Part shown: piece by piece, positions 61,104 through 64,000 of the stretch | How positions within the stretch are numbered: position 1 is the first letter of the stretch | Layout: every line of letters starts with the position of its first letter | Source: Spizellomyces punctatus DAOM BR117 | Lineage: Eukaryota | Length of the DNA stretch: 64,000 bases | Strand: one strand, 5' to 3' | Assembly (NCBI GenBank): GCA_000182565.2 | Contig: KQ257451.1 | Notes under the pieces: generated by a model | Databases searched by the model: none | What the model was told of the DNA's origin: nothing | Seen by the model: the letters and a program-made list of their open reading frames with translations, nothing else | Made by a program: the position numbers and the translations under genes

Positions 61104-64000
61104 TTATGTACTCTTAGGAAACAGCCAACCAAAGAGACCTTTTTTCTTCCCATCGACAGATTTCGATCTTCTTGTTCTCCTCCGCCCTTTGCCGTCACTG
61201 TTTTGAACGTCCTCATTTTGGCCTGATCCCTCCATCTCGTTGGCTCTATTTTTCAACGGACTTGCCGCTTCTTTGTGATCATCTACCTCAGCATCATCGA
61301 CGTCAGTAAAGTTCTCACTTGGATCGTCCGTGTGTTTCTCACTGCGTCTTCCCCGGGTATTGTCTAATTTCCCATCTTTACCATCCCCACCCGCCTCGTG
61401 GGCATCATCCGCCTCTTCTTGTTTCCTCTCTTCAGGATCATCCGGATTTGAGTCGTCTTTTGGTTTTTGCTTGCGTTGCCAACGATTAGGGCTTTTGCTC
61501 TTGTTCATCGCAAGAAACTGGACCATAGCAGGATTGTCATCCAAATCCACCTCTTCGATCTTTGGCAATGGATGGCCAAATGCTTTGGCATGTCGAATGC
61601 TGTGTCGACGTTCGTCGGCACCTTCCCCTGACAGTCCTATTGACGACCGACGCGCGCTGGACGCGATCGATGATTTTCGGCGCACCATACTCGGTGTAGG
61701 AGTGCTCGGAATGTCAGAGCTGGATGCGGCATCCTCTGGCGCTGATGAAACCTCCGATTTAGCTACATCGCGCCGGGTGGGAGGGCGGCCACGTCTTCGT
61801 GGAGTTTCATCCTTTGGCTTTGGAGTTTCCGCTTCCTTGCTTTCAGAGGCTTGAACCTTCTTGCTGCGCTTAGAGGCCCGCTCTGCAGGACTTGCCTGGC
61901 CTGCGGGTTCTGCAGCAGCAGTCTCCAGCACCTCCGACTCACGTCGACGCTTTCTCCCCCGACTCTCGCGGAGATTGACAGCCGGTTCCGGTGCGGTAAT
62001 GTCCTCCTTTTCCTTCTTTGGCACGGCGCCTTTTGAATTAGCAGCGGCCGTTGCTGATTGGTATCATTAGAAGTTCAGGAAATACTGTGATGAGTATCAG
62101 ATGACTGTCAACTCACCAGCAACCGTTGCCGTTTTCCTTACAGCGGGGGTTGCTATCGCGGCCACTGCTTCGGAGGCGACTTGCGCTGCCTTTCGTGTTG
62201 ACCGCATGCGTAACGGTGTGTCTGATATTTCAGCAACTGGTTCATTCTGCGCAAGTATCTGGTTTCTTCTGCTCTTAGTAGTGGCTTTCGGGGTTTCCAC
62301 CTTCGATTGCGGCGCTGACGTTAAAGAATGAGCACATTAATTCATCCTCCGACTTCAGAAAAATTAGACTTACTCGGGATCGCTTCTGATGTTGGTTTGT
62401 TGGCCTTTTTCGGAGGACGCCCTCGCCTCGGACTAAAAGGTGTTTCTGTCCCCTGCTTGACTTTCCCTTTGCGAGTAGGCTTCTGCACAGTCTCTTGCTC
62501 TAATGCTGCCAGTCTGGACCGTGTCATGCGTTTGGGCTGATCATCATCTACATGAACGGCATCTCCGGCATCGCCAGCTGCTGACTCTTGAACTTCCTCT
62601 ACGCTCGACACCTCCTCCACTGTCTTCACAGTTGGAAGAGGCTCTTCTTCTTTTGGAAAAAGCTCTCTCACCTTCCCTTCAGGCCACCAGTAGGCCCAGA
62701 GGATGTGGAAGAACTCCGCAGGTGCAATACTCAGAATACCACTGTCCGGATCAATCGGGAAACCAGTAATCTTCTGTTTCAGCTCCTCCAGAAGCGGCCT
62801 TCCACGTTTCTGGAACCGCTGCGCCGTCTTCCAGTAAGGGGTCTCCGGCTTGTTGTATGTCATACAATTTTGCCAGATGAGCTCAACGTCGGTCTTCGAT
62901 ATCGGCAAAGTTAGTACAAAGGTTGAGCAGACGCTTACAACAATAGAGTACCTCAAATGACCCGACGTCCTTGTATTCGTGGTTCTCCAGTTTCTGCATC
63001 ATCGTGGAGAAATCCATGGGATTGGTGATGAAAAGGTGATAATCTGGGGCGAGTTCGGGTGTAACTGGTTCTGCAAAAATTCCGTCCTTGTCCCACCTAC
63101 CAATATGATCGGTGTTATTATCAACACACATTCACAACGCGAATGCAATAATGGTGCTTACGATCGAATGGTTTCAAAGAATGGTCGAATGAACCGTGTT
63201 ATAGGGAAGAGGACAAACTCTGCGTAGCTGATCCCAGCTTGGTACTGTTTCAATTTTTCCTTCTCTCTTTTCCGGACGAGTTCCGTCAATAGTCGTACGC
63301 GCTCCAAATCCTTGCGAATGATGATGGCCGTTTGATTTCTCTTGGCTCGAGCCTCTTCATCCTCTTTCAGAGCAGACGCAGACGCTGTCCATGGCTGAAT
63401 AACAGTTAGCACAGTCAATATGCATTGAGCAGCAGAAGCGACCACATACCTCTAGATGCAATCGTTTCAGTAGTGGTGCCCCTCGTCGTGACTCGCGCTT
63501 CAGCGACCAGTATTTACAAAGGCGTATGATAAAGTCTTTATTCTTCTTATCAAAGTCGCCCTTCTTCTTTTTCTCCTTGAATTCAGTTCGCAACGTATCT
63601 AGTACTCGATTGAGTATATACTCTGGAATTACAGGGACTGGCGCAGAGAACTGATGAGAACGAGAGGATCCAACCGTCTCATCGTCGTCGCTCCAACCTC
63701 CCACGCCAAAGTCTGCCGATGTCGATGATTCCAGTCTTCGCTGTTTTTTCTTTCTTTTCGATGACGATAAGTCGTCGGAGCCATGGTCCAATCTTGCGTC
63801 ACTTTCTTCGTCATCGGTGATTCGCATCAAGTTTTTTCGTTTTCGCTTTCTGCTGGAGCTCTCTGTATCGGTACCGACGGGTGGGTATTCGTCTTCGGAG
63901 TCTTCAATAGCGGCGGATCGTCGGGAATTCACGAGGGACAGCTTTTGCTCCAACATTTCACGCTGGAAAGCTGCCACAGCGGCTTCGACATCAACTTGCT
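61104..64000 (-). CDS. NTO1/BRPF-like NuA3 scaffold with a bromodomain and AT-hooks; 5' part lies beyond the window
   Basis: LCKYWSLKRESRRGAPLLKRLHLE; RKDLERVRLLTELVRKREKEK; bromodomain IFAEPV..APDY..ITNPMDFSTM..NCMTYN; RRGRPP motifs. Confidence 0.9.

Noticed and set aside
61330-61854. 174-aa Ser-rich + strand ORF
   Set aside because: Antisense shadow of the low-complexity tail of the NTO1-like gene

Overview
Eukaryotic, gene-dense, intron-rich genomic DNA. Introns are mostly 50-90 nt GT-AG with CTRAC-like branch points. Fungal-type genes occur together with flagellar genes (LRRC23-like, IQCE-like), which points to a zoosporic, chytrid-like fungus; this is inference. About 26 protein-coding genes were reconstructed by hand across introns: Argonaute (5'-truncated, intact DEDH tetrad), IQCE-like, LRRC23, TMEM42, CENP-H-like, DUF836 glutaredoxin-like, SDH5, CEX1/SCYL1, NCL1/NSUN2 (spans an N gap), FNIP/Lst4, BRCC36, an Ahc1-zinc-finger/YEATS2-like protein, an intronless orphan repeat protein, VPS74, PIG-X, an FUSC-like transporter, phosphoketolase, RPL11, ARP10, DBP2, two multi-pass membrane proteins, an MST/Hippo-like STE20 kinase, a Cys-rich single-pass protein and an NTO1/BRPF-like bromodomain protein (runs off the right edge). 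Four observations stand out: (1) a Hippo-like kinase combining a degenerate CRIB motif, tandem GT(M/V/F)VI motifs resembling MOB1-docking sites, and a hydrophobic C-terminal tail in place of a clear SARAH domain; (2) a tandem array of decayed tRNA-Phe-like units at about 38.0-38.6 kb; (3) one gene joining Ahc1-like and YEATS2-like parts; (4) the long DBP2 motif-V intron followed by a 17-nt microexon. Gene boundaries are manual and approximate, and family calls come from recalled motifs, not database searches.
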